In this document: in pieces, positions 23,200 to 35,780 of the stretch
How the letters are laid out: every line of letters starts with the position of its first letter
Numbering within the stretch: position 1 is the first letter of the stretch
DNA from: Salpingoeca rosetta
Taxonomy: Eukaryota; Protista; Choanoflagellata
Direction of reading: 5' to 3'
Assembly (NCBI GenBank): GCA_033442325.1
Contig: JAWQFM010000004.1
Span: forward strand, 1,454,565-1,518,564
DNA length: 64,000 nt
Program-made: the position numbers and the translations under genes
Notes under the pieces: generated by a model
What the model saw: the letters and a program-made list of their open reading frames with translations, nothing else
The model's database searches: none
What the model was told of the DNA's origin: nothing

Positions 23200-25200
23200 C
23201 CACTTCGTCACCTTCTCTTGTGGTCCTGTGGCATCTTTGTGGCGAGGGCCATGGTTTGATCAGCACCATCAGTGTGTTTGCGAGCAGATACCAGCACCTG
23301 CTTGTGCCGGAGGCCTGTGTTTTGGGCGCTGTACAGCCTGACCCCCTCCTCCTCCTCGTCGCTGTACGTGTCCCTGATCCACAGCCCCCTTGCAACAGTG
23401 TGCTCCTGGTCGTTGCTGGGTACGGTGGCGCAAAGTGTTTGGAACGTGAACGACCCCTGCCGTGTGGCCGCTGTGCCGCCCTCCGTTTGGTGGTCAGCGC
23501 AATCGATCAGAGGCAACAGCGGGGGTGTGCGCCAGCCCCTGGATGGGGAGCACGTCCTGACCACGCACACCCTGGAGCAGTGAAACACGACATCTGTTGC
23601 CATTGTGCTGTAGAGCATGCGAGGCTGGCAGCCCATTACATAGCAACACGCCGGCCAGTGCAAGCTTTGAATCAGCCGCATCAACACGCGACGCAAAGCA
23701 CGTGCTCCTGTATGGCCGAGCTTTGCGGTGCCGGCTGCGTATTGTGTGCTCAGCTTCAACAAGGTCAACACAACGGCCGTCGAGATCCGCCCTGTTGGCC
23801 ATCTAGATTGACCCAAGGCGCGATGCCTGGAGCCATCGTCCTTGTCACCCACCTCCCGTTCACTTGACTTTGGCAGCGTTGCTGAGCTGGAGCGAGCCGT
23901 GCGCATGTTCCCTGCCACCGTGAGCGCCGCCGTTCAGGATGCCGAGACAGACACGCCTCTGTCTCTGTTGTCGTTTGCGGCCAGCAAGGCCATCCACGCG
24001 CCCGCAGTCTGTGCCATCTTCCGCACTCCGCGCTCTGTGTCCTGGCTCGAATGCAGCGCAGAGCAGTGCGTTGTGGACAAGGTGTGTGAGTTCGCCAGAG
24101 CCTTCAACCTTGGAGGCCACAAGCCCTGGCAGCGAAGCCCTGTCGTCCCTGACGCACACACTCGTGACAGACATCATTCTGCTTGTGTGCACGTTTTCGA
24201 GCGAGCTTGAGCTTGCAGAATCCACCGCCGACAAGCAGTACAACCGCAAGCAGCGAGCATGATTGTCTCACTGAGTCGGACAGGACATTCATCAGCGAGA
24301 TGAGCAGCCGCACGTTTTGGGCACAACCTGCTGAAGTTGTCGGGTGAACTGGCCAAGCTTGAGGACGCTGGGGCGCGCGTGGTGCCACTTGGCGCGTGCA
24401 GCTGGGTTTGTGAATGATGACGGTTTTCAGCCTGCGGGCGAAGCGGAGCTGTTTGGCAGCTTCATTGTTCGCGTCAGCAGTGGCGTGGTACTTGCTCACC
24501 GTCGCCTTCGTCACAGCAGTGGCAAGGACGTGGCACAGCTGCTGCTGGGAGTTGGTGACAACAAGTCGGTGGTGATCATCCTGGCGCTGGGTGTGCTGGC
24601 TGGTTGTGGACATGGTGCAGGAGGTGCGGCAGTCACGGCTGGTTGGAAGTGACGGATGCGGCATTGGTATTTGTAGTGCGTGGCACGTACTCTTCCCAAC
24701 ACGCACCCTTCCCAGTACGCACCCTTCCCAGCACGCACATACGTTCCTTTCCTCTGCTGTACCACCTGCAGCCGTTCCAGCCAGCGCATGATCCTGGCTC
24801 ATCTGCTTTGACATGCGCTACTTCCTGCTCTGCTCGTCCTCGGCATCAGCAATTTGGCCGAGGTGGACGTCGTTCCGCCTCCTCTTGCTTAACGGCAACA
24901 CGTTGTCGGCCAACGGGCTTGCTGCTCGTATTCAACAACATGCTGCTGCTGCTGGTGGACGTTGACCTGGACACCTTTGACGGCGACTACAGTGGTGGTG
25001 CTGGCTGCTGCGCGTCCTGTGTGTCATCTCCATGGTGCTGCTGAACCTGCTGATTGCGCTCACGTCGGACTGCGCAGATGTTGAGTTCCAGCTGCTGTGT
25101 GGCTGACGCATGAGGAGGAGGAGGAGGAGGAGGATGGATGCGCGACGCTTTTTCAAGTGGTGGCTGCAGCGTGCAGTGGCAGGGTGTGCTGCGTGCGCTG
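23200..25200 (+). pseudogene. TRP-like cation channel relic; 5' limit uncertain
   Basis: S6 signature VISMVLLNLLIALTSD at ~25023-25070, preceded by pore-like LLLVFNNMLL..DVDLDTF and hydrophobic segments. Reading frames are broken. Confidence 0.6.
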
Positions 25201-25437
25201 AAAAAAGGAGATGCAGCACAGCACGTGCAGAACAACGTTGCCGACCATCACAGAATGACATGTGACATGTCTTGAAGTTGATGGGTTCTGTTGGTTTGTC
25301 TTTGCGTTGGTGTTGGTTTATTGCTTGCACTTTGCGTCGTTTCAACCCCGCAATACATGCATGCTGAAGACACATTCACTCATGCATACACAAGAAAGAG
25401 TAAGCAAGTGCGCATGCACGCACACACGCACGTGCAA

Positions 25438-25607
25438 TCAAGCAAAGTGGTGGTCCTTGAGTTCTCCAAACGATGGACGCTCACGTGGGTTCTGAGCCAT
25501 GCACTTGTATGTCAGCGACTGGACCCACTCGGGGATGGCTGTGCGGAGGTGTGTGTGTGTGTGCATGTGTGCGTGAGGAAGAACGACGTGCAAGCAACCA
25601 ATCCAGC

Positions 25608-25670
<63 letters not shown>

Positions 25671-26174
25671 CTCACCCTCACCATCATCAATCGCAGCCGC
25701 TTCCCATCCTTCATCAGGTTGCTGATGGTGGCGAGGATCGGACCACGGTACCCGCTCCCCTTCTCCTGCTCGATCAAATCCGGCACACGCTGCGTCGCCA
25801 CCTCCCACATCAGCACGCCAAAGCTGAAGATGTCCGCCTCAAAGCTGTACTTGTCGCCTGTCAAAGCCTCTGGTGCCATGTACAGCGGCGTGCCCACCCC
25901 AGCCGTCAGCGTCATGCTCGTCATCGTCTGCAATCCAGCCTGCTGGCTGTACTGCGGATCATCACAACCATCTTGGCTGGACGACAGCCGGGCGCGCTGC
26001 TGTTGCTGGTTCCTGTCACGAGTGAAGCACTGGCGGATGGATCCAAAATCCGTAATCTTGGCACGCAGCGATGACGACACCAGCACGTGGCCACGCTTCA
26101 AGTCCCTGTAAAGTGGATGGTGGATGGGTGAGTGGAGATGAAGGGGTGAGCAAGAAGCACATGCCTGCAGACAA

Positions 26175-26212
<38 letters not shown>

Positions 26213-29200
26213 TCACACACACACATACTCACACACACACACACACACCGGTGCATCTGGTCGAGGCTGTGGATAAAGGCCATCCCACTGGCAACATCGC
26301 GCAGTAGTCGCAGCTTCAGACCCCACACAGTCGTTGTCTCAACGCTTCTGTCGCGTCCTGTGCTCACCAACGTCAATTCCTCACCCACGATCTCTGATGC
26401 TGTGACACCCTCCTCCACACTGTTTTCCCCACTTTGCTCCCCTCGCTCCACCTCCGTTAACACTTGCTCCATGTCTTTGCCCAACAGGTTCTTGAGCGAC
26501 CCCAGAGCAACAAACTCCAGCACCAGGAACGGGCTGCCGTTTGCATCTGTCCCCGCGCCAAAGAACCGCACCACATTCGGGTGTCGTGTCCGCTGCAGGA
26601 ACTCCACCTCCTTCTCAAACTCAACCACCGTGCTCTCGTCAAACATCATGGTGCCTTGCTGCAACACCTTGACTGCCACCGTCACCGTGTCCCACTGTGC
26701 CATGAACACCACGCCAAATGCACGCGCAGCCACCCGCTTAATCATTTTCAGCTCATCATACCCAATCTCCCACGCTTTCTTCAGCGCCATCACCTCCTCG
26801 TCCATCTCCACCAGCAATTGGTCCTTGAGCGCGTTGTCTGCTTGTAAACGCCTTTGCCTCTTGTACGTGCGGTACCCGATGAACAGCAACGCTTGCAGTG
26901 CAAGCACGCCAGCGAGCGTCCCCAGCACAGCCGGCACAATGTTGAGCTCAATTGGTTCGCACCGCCCGCGTCGCATCTCATGCCCTTGTGAGCACTGGCA
27001 ATGGAAGGAGTACACAATCTCAGCGACTGAACCAACTAGCCCAGGGATCGTGTTATCGAAAAGATCAAAGTCTCCGCTCGAGAGTTGGAGCGCGCAATTG
27101 ATGGGAGCGTCTTGCAGTTGCAGCACTGGCGCTCGAGGCCTGCGAGGAAAAACTCGTCCGTTGCGGCGGAGATTTGATTCGGATAGGGCGATCTCGTGTC
27201 CCACGATTCGGTTGACTTCGACGGGGTCATTCAGCCACTTGTTCCCCGAGAGATCAACCACATCAAGGAGAAACAGGCATGTGGAAATGGTAGCCGGAGC
27301 AGACACCGGTCCCCGCACCAAAGAACCGCACCACATTCGGGTGTCGTGTCCGCTGCAAGAACTCCACCTCCTTCTCAAACTCAACCACCGTGCTCTCGTC
27401 AAATGCCATGACGGCTTGCTGCAGCACCTTGACGGCCACCGTCACCGTGTCCCACTGTGCCTTGAACACCACGCCAAATGCACCCGCAGCAACACGCTTC
27501 ATCATTTTCAGCTCATCATACCCAATCTCCCACGCTTTCTTCAGCGCCATCACCTCCTCGTCCATCTCCACCAGCAATTGGTCCTTGAGCGCGTTATCTG
27601 CTTGTAAACGCCTTTGCCTCTTGTACGTGCGGTACCCGATGAACAGCAACGCTTGCAGTGCAAGCACGCCAGTGAGCGTCCCCAGCACAGCCGGCACAAT
27701 GTCGAGCTCAATTGGTTCGCACCGCCCGCGTCGCATCTCATGCCCTTGTGAGCACTGGCAATGGAAGGAGAAAACAATCTCAGTGACTGAATCATCTACC
27801 CCAGGGATCGTGTTATCGGAAAGATCAAAGTCACCACTCGAGAGTTGAAGCGCGCAATCGATAGGAGCGCCTTGCAGTTGCAGCACTGGCACTCGAGGCC
27901 TGCGAGGAAAAACTCGTCCGTTGCGATTGAGGTTTGATTCGGATAGGGCGATCTCGTTTCCAACGATTCGGTTGACTTCGACGGGGTCATTCAGCCAATT
28001 GTTTCCCGAGAGGTCAATCAAATCAGCGACAACAAGGCATGTGGAAATGATAACTCGAGCATGTGTCAGGTTGAAGTTGCTCTCGGCCCTCAGGTTGCGC
28101 GCAAAGAAAACACGGCGACCCCACCGCGTGCACAAGGCAGTGCTGGGCTGAATGCGTGTGTTGCTGATGTCCAGCACGTCAATGAACGGCGCATCGATCT
28201 GGGTTAACTGCGTGCAATCGGACGCGTTCAGCTCTCTCAGCGCACTGGGGACGATGACCAACTTGAGGTGCTTGTTGCGTTGGATCTGAACAGTTTGGAA
28301 GGTTTTGTTCGCACAGAGATGCAACCTCGTGTGCCGTGTGTTGACGAGGCGAAACACGTCCACTGTGTCTGTCAGTACATTGCATACCATTTCCAATGGC
28401 AAAGTGCGGTTGTCGGCGCCTGGCCATCCCAGCCCGAGCACTTGAAGCTGAAGCGGCAGTTGCAGCAGTTGGTCAATCACCTCACTCACGTCCACGTGTT
28501 GCAAGCTGAGGGTGCGCAGGTGTGGAGAAGGTGTCAAGTTGGTGGCGTCCAACACTGCTCTGCTGGTTCTGTCGTCATCATGCGCTGCATCCAGCTCGAC
28601 AGTTGTCAGATTTGGAAGAGTCAGAAGCGGTGTGAGATCGATCCTTTTGACATCGTGGTTCTGCATGCGCAGCACACGAAGTGCAGGCGCTTTCGTCATG
28701 TCTGGCATGTATTGCATGGGATTGTCGCCCAGGACGAGGGTGTGCAGGGAAGGCCATGGGTTGGGAATGAGAAACCGGGTCAGCTTGTTCGCCGCCATGT
28801 CAATGCGCTCGAGGCGTGGAAACTCTGTGTCAAACAGCCCGTCAACGTGACGAAGGCGATTGTTTTCGAAAGTGACCTCCCGCAAGTTGGGCGAGTGTGC
28901 GAATAGGTCGGGGGTTAGCCCACTGAGACGGTTGTTATCACAGTACAGCCACTCCAGCCTGACACATGAGTCAAGCAATCCACCAGGCAATGCTGTCAAT
29001 TGGTTGTCTCTCAGGCTCAAGTCGCTCAGGGAGATTGAATCTCGAAACAATGCTGGCTGCAATGACGTCAAGCGGTTGTTGTTTAAGGACAGGTGCCGTA
29101 GAGAAGTTAGCCCAGCAAAGATAGAGTCTGGGAGGGACGTGAGGAGGTTCCCTTCGAGAACGACGTCATTCAATCGGCGGTTTGTCTGAAAGATGGTGGG

Positions 29201-30372
29201 TGGCAGACTGGCGAGGAGGGTGCCACCCACTTTCAATGTGTGCAGCTGCGTTAGGCCAGCAAACACGTGTGCATGAAGCTGTTGGATTGGGTTTGCGCCC
29301 AGCTCCAGCCATGTCAAGTGTTTCAGTGAATGAAACGCGCCAGTGGGAATGGCGCGGATGATGTTGGAGTCGAGAAAGAGCTCACGCAGGGCTGTGAGGT
29401 CCACAAACTCTGCTGGGACGTGCAAGATTTCATTCCACCCAAATCAAGCTCGACCAGGGATGTCATCCCTGCAACCTTTGGGACCGATGCAAGGGAGTTG
29501 TTTCCCAAACGAAGCGCAAACAGCTGTGCCGCATGCTCGAACCCCCCTGTGCCAACTTCCTGGAGTAGTGTGTTGTCTTGATAGTGATGGCATCCAGGAT
29601 GGGAAAATCGTTGAGCACGCTCAAATGAAACACTGGGAACTGCACACCAGTGATGCGCACCGTCGTGCACGAGGTCCAGTTGCCATTGTTGACAATCCAT
29701 TGAAGCACCTCTGCTTCAACGTGCCCTTGCAAAGACAAGTGCCTCACTGTCATTGATGCCGCTTGCAAAGTGCTCGTGTCAGTTGTGCTGTTGACTGCTT
29801 CGTGGCCAGAAACCGTGAGGAACAGTACACCATTGGCGCTAGCTCCAAGGCTCCAGCGCACGAGCCATCAATAATGCTTTGCAGGGTTGTTCGTCGCTAC
29901 CAGCGCGTCGCACGCGTGTGCATGAGGGGTGCGGTTGTGCGCTCTTGAGGAGGGCAGCACATGCCGTGTCTGGTTGAGATGGGCTGCCTTTGATGGGTGT
30001 TGATTTCCCCTATTTCTCTCCTCGACACCGTTGCTGTTGCACCCAAAGGCGTTCATCATGCGTTGGATCGATGACAGATCAATCATGGTGGAAGAAATGG
30101 TTCGTGGACGCAACTGTCCCGTGGCGAACAGCACGCGATGCTCTTTGAGCGTTGTTTCCAGGTGCCTCAAAGTTGTGTCCACGGAGGGGGACAGCGTGCG
30201 GTCCTTGGTGTTGTGAAACGGACGTGGAGAGGTGGAGATGTGGTGGTGTGGAGGTGTGAGTCAGTGGCAGCTGCAAGTGCGACCGTGAATGGAGCAGAAG
30301 GCACGTGGCAAAGAAGCAAGACGCGAGGACAACAAGAGCACCACAACCGGAGCGGACAAGGCGAGAACACAC
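25438..30372 (-). pseudogene. LRR-EGF-TM receptor kinase (TKL type), frameshifted with an internal duplication
   Basis: Extracellular LRRs, CQCSQGHEMRRGRC, TM, AAGAFG, VAVK, HR|DLKRGHVLV, DFG, GTPLYMAPE, DIFSFG and RPSF. Frameshifts near 29440 and 29560; two (CA)n introns in the kinase. Confidence 0.88.
26550..28048 (-). repeat. Tandem repeat with 760-bp period covering ectodomain end, TM and kinase N-lobe
   Basis: 28048-27310 aligns to 27288-26550, with a 21-bp spacer. Confidence 0.92.
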
Positions 30373-32005
30373 TCACAAACACTCACAAACACTCACAAAC
30401 ACTCACACACACACACTTACACACGCACACATACTCACACTCACACACACAGCATCCTTCAAACAGCCGCTGCCATGGACACGAGCCACCGACCAGCCTG
30501 CCAATAACAACAACAACAGTGGTGGCAACAGGGAAAACAGCGCCCAGCGATGATGAAGGCGAACAGCAGCAGCAGCAGCAGCAGTAGCTGGGAGAGGAGG
30601 AGGAGGAGGACGCGGCATGTTGACACAGTGAAGGGAAGGACAGCGAAGGGAACGAAGTGGAAGAAAAGAAAAAGAAAACACGAGAAAAACAACACAATAC
30701 ACCAGGGAAGGAAAGGATTCCCAGTTTTGCTGGCTTTGTTTCCTTCTGCGCAAACACTTTCCTTCCTCACTTGCAATAATTTAATTGCCCTACGATGATT
30801 TGTTTTGCACGAGAAGGAAATCTCTGGCACTTTTGGCAACACACGCAGACTGCAGAATAGAAAACATGAAGTGGGTTTTGCTTGGTGTGCTTTGTGCTGT
30901 CGCGCACGTTGGCTTGGGCTGGTTGTGGATCAACAACAGCACTGTCGCTTCCACACTGCACACCGCATCAGTTCCTGCTGCTCCCATCATCATCACCCGC
31001 ACAGACAGCGAACCACGGCGTGATTCCAAATGTGTGCTGCAGCTGCTACCTTCTTCCACCTCATCGTTTACTTCCAAACGATGATAACCACTGCCAGTGA
31101 CACAAACAAGGACGCATGCTGACAGCAGAACAGCAGCAACAACAATGAAGGCAACTTGCGCAGTGTAACGACACCCTCTTTCCTGCACTCCATGCACGGC
31201 CACAGCTCACTTCCCTTTCCTTCATCGTCATCATCATGGACGGCAACCTTTCTTCGCGCTGCACTGGCTTGGCAGTGGATGCAACCACCATGTGAGATCG
31301 GCATGCAGCATGTTTTGCTACCCTTCAGTTGTCACCATGCTTTCTCGCAGACAAGCGTGCACACAACTGAACTGTGCAGTGCAGCCATCTCACGTTCACT
31401 GTGCGTGCGCCTTCCTGCGACCATCCCATTCCTGTTTTGCAGTGCGAGTGCTTCCGTAATGACAACACCGTCCACAGCCAACTCAACTCAGCAGCTCTCT
31501 CGAGCTCATACACATCGTGCTCGATGCGTGCATGCGTGACGATCTATGCTGCACGCAAACGCTGGAACAGAGCAACATGTGACCCGCTGTTCACCAACAC
31601 GCACCTTTGCACTGACGCTGCGGGAGGAGAGCAGCAACTGCAACGTGACCATCCCCGAGCTGGGACTGGACGATTGACGCGCTATGTGCTACCAGGCAAG
31701 AGGAGCCTGCGTTGGTGGCGGCGACAGACGGCAGCACAGCGCTCACTCACCCCTCTTCACCGCTCAGAGGCGATAGGGCGATGTTTCCCTTGCCCAGCCT
31801 TGCGCGAGGAAGCAGATAGGTGGCATAGAGGCCCAAAAACGAAAAATGCTCGAGCGTTGTGTACCATGTTGGGATGCTTTTATGCATCTGCGCGCAACAG
31901 AACCAAATGGGGCTCAAACGAAAACACCCGAAAAGGGAAAATGAGAGATGAGGAACAAGCCAGAACAGTACCACGACATGTCTCACCCTCCTCAACAACA
32001 ACAAC

Positions 32006-32044
<39 letters not shown>

Positions 32045-32251
32045 CGAGACGAGGGGACGCAAGCAAAAGCTTGCAGGAAAAGTGGAGGAGCAAAACCTGC
32101 AAAGCGGGGCGCGACAAACACTCACACGCATGAGCGCCAGCTGTGTCCAGTGCTGAGTGTCGCTTCCCACGACCACCACCAAACAACGACAAGGACAGCA
32201 GCTCGAACGCAGTGCTACCACGTGCTCTTGTTGTGTTCTTGAGTTCTTGAG

Positions 32252-35200
32252 TTAGGCCATGCGACTGTTGGCTCTGGCGGTGCCCTCCAGCCATTTGCGC
32301 GAAGGCGTGGAAATGCTGTTCAACAGGGGCACAACCTTGCTCTTGATAAACACTTCTGGAGGCGTGTCCACGCGGGCGTGCTTCTTGTGCTTGAACGCCA
32401 AAATGACAGTGGCAACTAAGCCCACGGCCAGCAGCACAGGCGCAGCTACGGGCACAATTGAGGAGGCCAATGCTTCCACAGCCGTCACGCCGAGCTCCGC
32501 AGCGAAGGCAACGCCATCAACCACCAACCCAAGGCCGAACGCAGAAACGTTCAGCAGATTCAGGGCGCGTTCACTCTTCGACATGTTCCCCCATGAGCCT
32601 GCGAGGTCGACGGCCAAATAGACGACAGTCGCAGCACCAAGAACCAATCCACCCACACGCACGAACTTCTTCAGCGTTGTCATCTCGGACCACCGTGCTG
32701 TGAGCGCCGACGTCTTCTCGGCCTCAGCCTCGATACCCACGGCCTCCTCGGCCAGTGATCTGCTCACCATCTCCATGCCCGCGTTGGACGTCTCCGGAAC
32801 GTCCACAGCAAGCTCAGGGTTGAGGTACCGTGCTGCTTTGTCCAGCTGTCCAGCTTTCTCCTCCAATGCTGCTCCCGACGCAAACGATGCATCCACGCTT
32901 TGCTGAGCCAGCTTGCGAGAGAAAAAGTTGGCGCCCTTTGACAGGGCCTGTGTGATCTGATCATCGAACAGCATCATCAAGCGGAAAGAAGACACACCCG
33001 TGTGCAAGATTGCAATCGCCCTGTCATCGGCGTTCATCTGCTTCCACTGAGAAGCGAGCGATGCCACGGAATAAACTGCAAGGCCGATGCAAGCCGTTTT
33101 GGCCACCCAATACGTGAGCTTCCCAACAACACTGCCAAACTCAGACTCAACCGCCTCAATGCGCGTCCAAAGCGGGCCCTTCACTTTGCTGAAGACTTTC
33201 GAAGCACTGGCACTTTCAGCGGTGAGCCACTTAATCTGTTCAGACACTTGACCAGACCCCACGCGCTCAAGATCCTCCTTGAATTTTTCCAGGAGCTCTT
33301 GTGGGATGCTTCCAGGCTCACTGCCGACTTTGCCGTTGACCAAGAAGTCGGCAATCTGCTCAAGCACGTTCTGATTCAGCCGCTGCAGAAGATCAATGTC
33401 AATGTCATCCAAGTTGTCGGACAAGGTCGTCAGCACCCGGCTCAGCACGTTCACGGCCAGGGTCTTGGCGTAGTCTTTGTCAGGTGCAAGGGACAGGAGC
33501 AGCATGCTGATTTTGTTCAGCTTGCCGTGGTCCAGCACTGTGATGGTCGTGAGACTGTTCAGGTACGCGGGCTTCGTGACGTGATCGAACAGCTTCTTTG
33601 CCCACTCTTCCTTTTCCTTGGGCTTGAGGTCCATGTATCGGTGGAACTGTGGCAGGTGCTCAACAAAGGCGAGGACGGCAAGAGACTTCTGCGCTTCGGC
33701 AAAGTAGCGGCTCTTGCCCAGAACTTTGTCCATGTGTTTTCTGCTGTCTGATGTCACATCGTCTGCGTTCTCCACGGTTTTGTTGTCAGGTTTCATCCTC
33801 TTGCCGCTGCCGCGCCAATACCACTTGAGCCTGTCGTCTGCCACTTTTTGGCCTGGAGTGAACTTAGAGTAGGCGTCTTTGAAGTCTTTGTTGTTGACAG
33901 TGCCTTGGCCAAGGTAAGCGGCAAAGAACTCGCCACCAAGAAACTCCTTCATGCCCTTCTTTTCGAGCACGTCCTTCTCATATCGACTGAGTGATGGTGC
34001 ATGAGCCTCGCCCAAGAGGTCACGCCGGTCCTTCTCGGAAATGGAGTTTTTCATCAACTTCTCCAGCTTGGCAAACGTCAACTCGTTCACTGCATGCGGG
34101 TCAGGTGGTGCCATATCGGCAAGCTCTTGCACTGACATGGGAAAATCGGCTGCAAGCAGAACAGCGTGGCGCACCCAGAGTGGCTTCCCCGCAAGCATTC
34201 TCGGCGGTGCACTTAAGGTTGACGGGTAAGCAGTCTGCTTCAGACGCAGAGTGTTCAGGGCGAGGGCGCTGTCAGTGGCTGCGTGAATGATATGGCCACA
34301 CACCTCGATTTGCTCGGGCTTCTCTGTACTGTTGCGCCTGTGAAGCGTAGCGGTGCCCGAAACAGACTTGGCGTCACTGGAAATGGTGAGTTCAGCCTCT
34401 TGCACGCCAATTTCTGTGAGTCTAGCGCTTTCATCCATGCTGAAAACCAAATGACCCTGGGGGTTGAGGCCGACAGTGCTGAGTTCCCCAGCCTTTCTCA
34501 GCACCTCGTTCAGGTCGTCCTGCAAGTTGTTTCCACCAGAGTCAAGCGCGGCCTCTGGATAGTAGAGGAAACCGAAAGCCGCACCGTCTTGCAGCCCGAT
34601 GTGCAGGTGCAATGGGACCTGGGAGAAGTCAGCTCCTTGAACTTCACACGGCAGTCTAATGTTGGTGGAGTAGTCGTTCTCCGCCGAGAGTTGGACCGTG
34701 TGCACTGAGGAGAGCTGCTGCGACTCGGGGTCAACGGTTGCAATTGTGGCGTGGCCGGAGATACCATGTGGCCGCAACCGTGCCATCAGATAGCGGTTCT
34801 TTCCCGGCATTTTTGCAAGCACTGTTCCGTCATCCGTGAAATGGCAAGCCTCGGCTGCTTGGCCCCCAAAGCACACATTGCCCTCCGACAGTACCATGTG
34901 CATGTTGCTCGCGCCCAGCATCGGTGCGTGGGCAGTGGATGTCGGTGCTGTGGACACAAATGCATCACAATCGTGCAGCCGGAAGACGCTTGTGCTCGCG
35001 TGCATGTGACGGAAATGGGCGACATGGGTGCGGGCGTGGTGACGTGGGTTGTGGTGCGGCTTGGACCGAGCCATGCCGCTCGTGTGCGGCTCGCCACCAG
35101 TCATGCCCAGTGCTCCTCCGTGCTTCTCCAGCTTGTTGATTGTCTGCAGAATCTCTCGGCGATGGACTGCGGGCAAATGTGTAGATGTGTTTGCAATGTG

Positions 35201-35704
35201 GTCAAACCGAGCGCGTGTGATCTCGGGGTAGTTGAGGCCGGAGACGAAGCCACCAGCATGGTAGCTGCGATGCCCTTCGCGAAGGTGAAGGTCATACATG
35301 ATCACGGGCCTAACGGATGTGTCAGAGGCGAGGCCCTGCTGCTGCTGCTCGGGGTTTGGAACTGAGTTGCCATCGTCCTGCGTGGGTGAGGGTTGAACTT
35401 GCTCCACGCGGACAACGACGACCACCTCGTACTCCACTTTCACCGCAGTGCCGTCCTCGTGTATGTCCATGCCTTTGGCGCGGAGTAGCTGGGTGCCTGG
35501 CGTGAGTTGCATGCAATGGGCGAAGTGGTTCTCGGCATTGGCTGTATCCGGAGACACAGCGACCAGGTTGCCGTGTGCACTACATTAATGACAACACGTG
35601 ACAATGAACAGAGTAAACATGCGTACAGTACAACGGATGAGGTCCAGAGCGAAATGAGAAGAAGTATCCCCACCCTTTCAAGGCTATGGAGCGCAAGTAT
35701 ACAC

Positions 35705-35780
<76 letters not shown>

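Noticed and set aside
30866-31700. Possible gene starting MKWVLLGVLCAV
   Set aside because: Hydrophobic start, but short broken frames and no recognisable domain.
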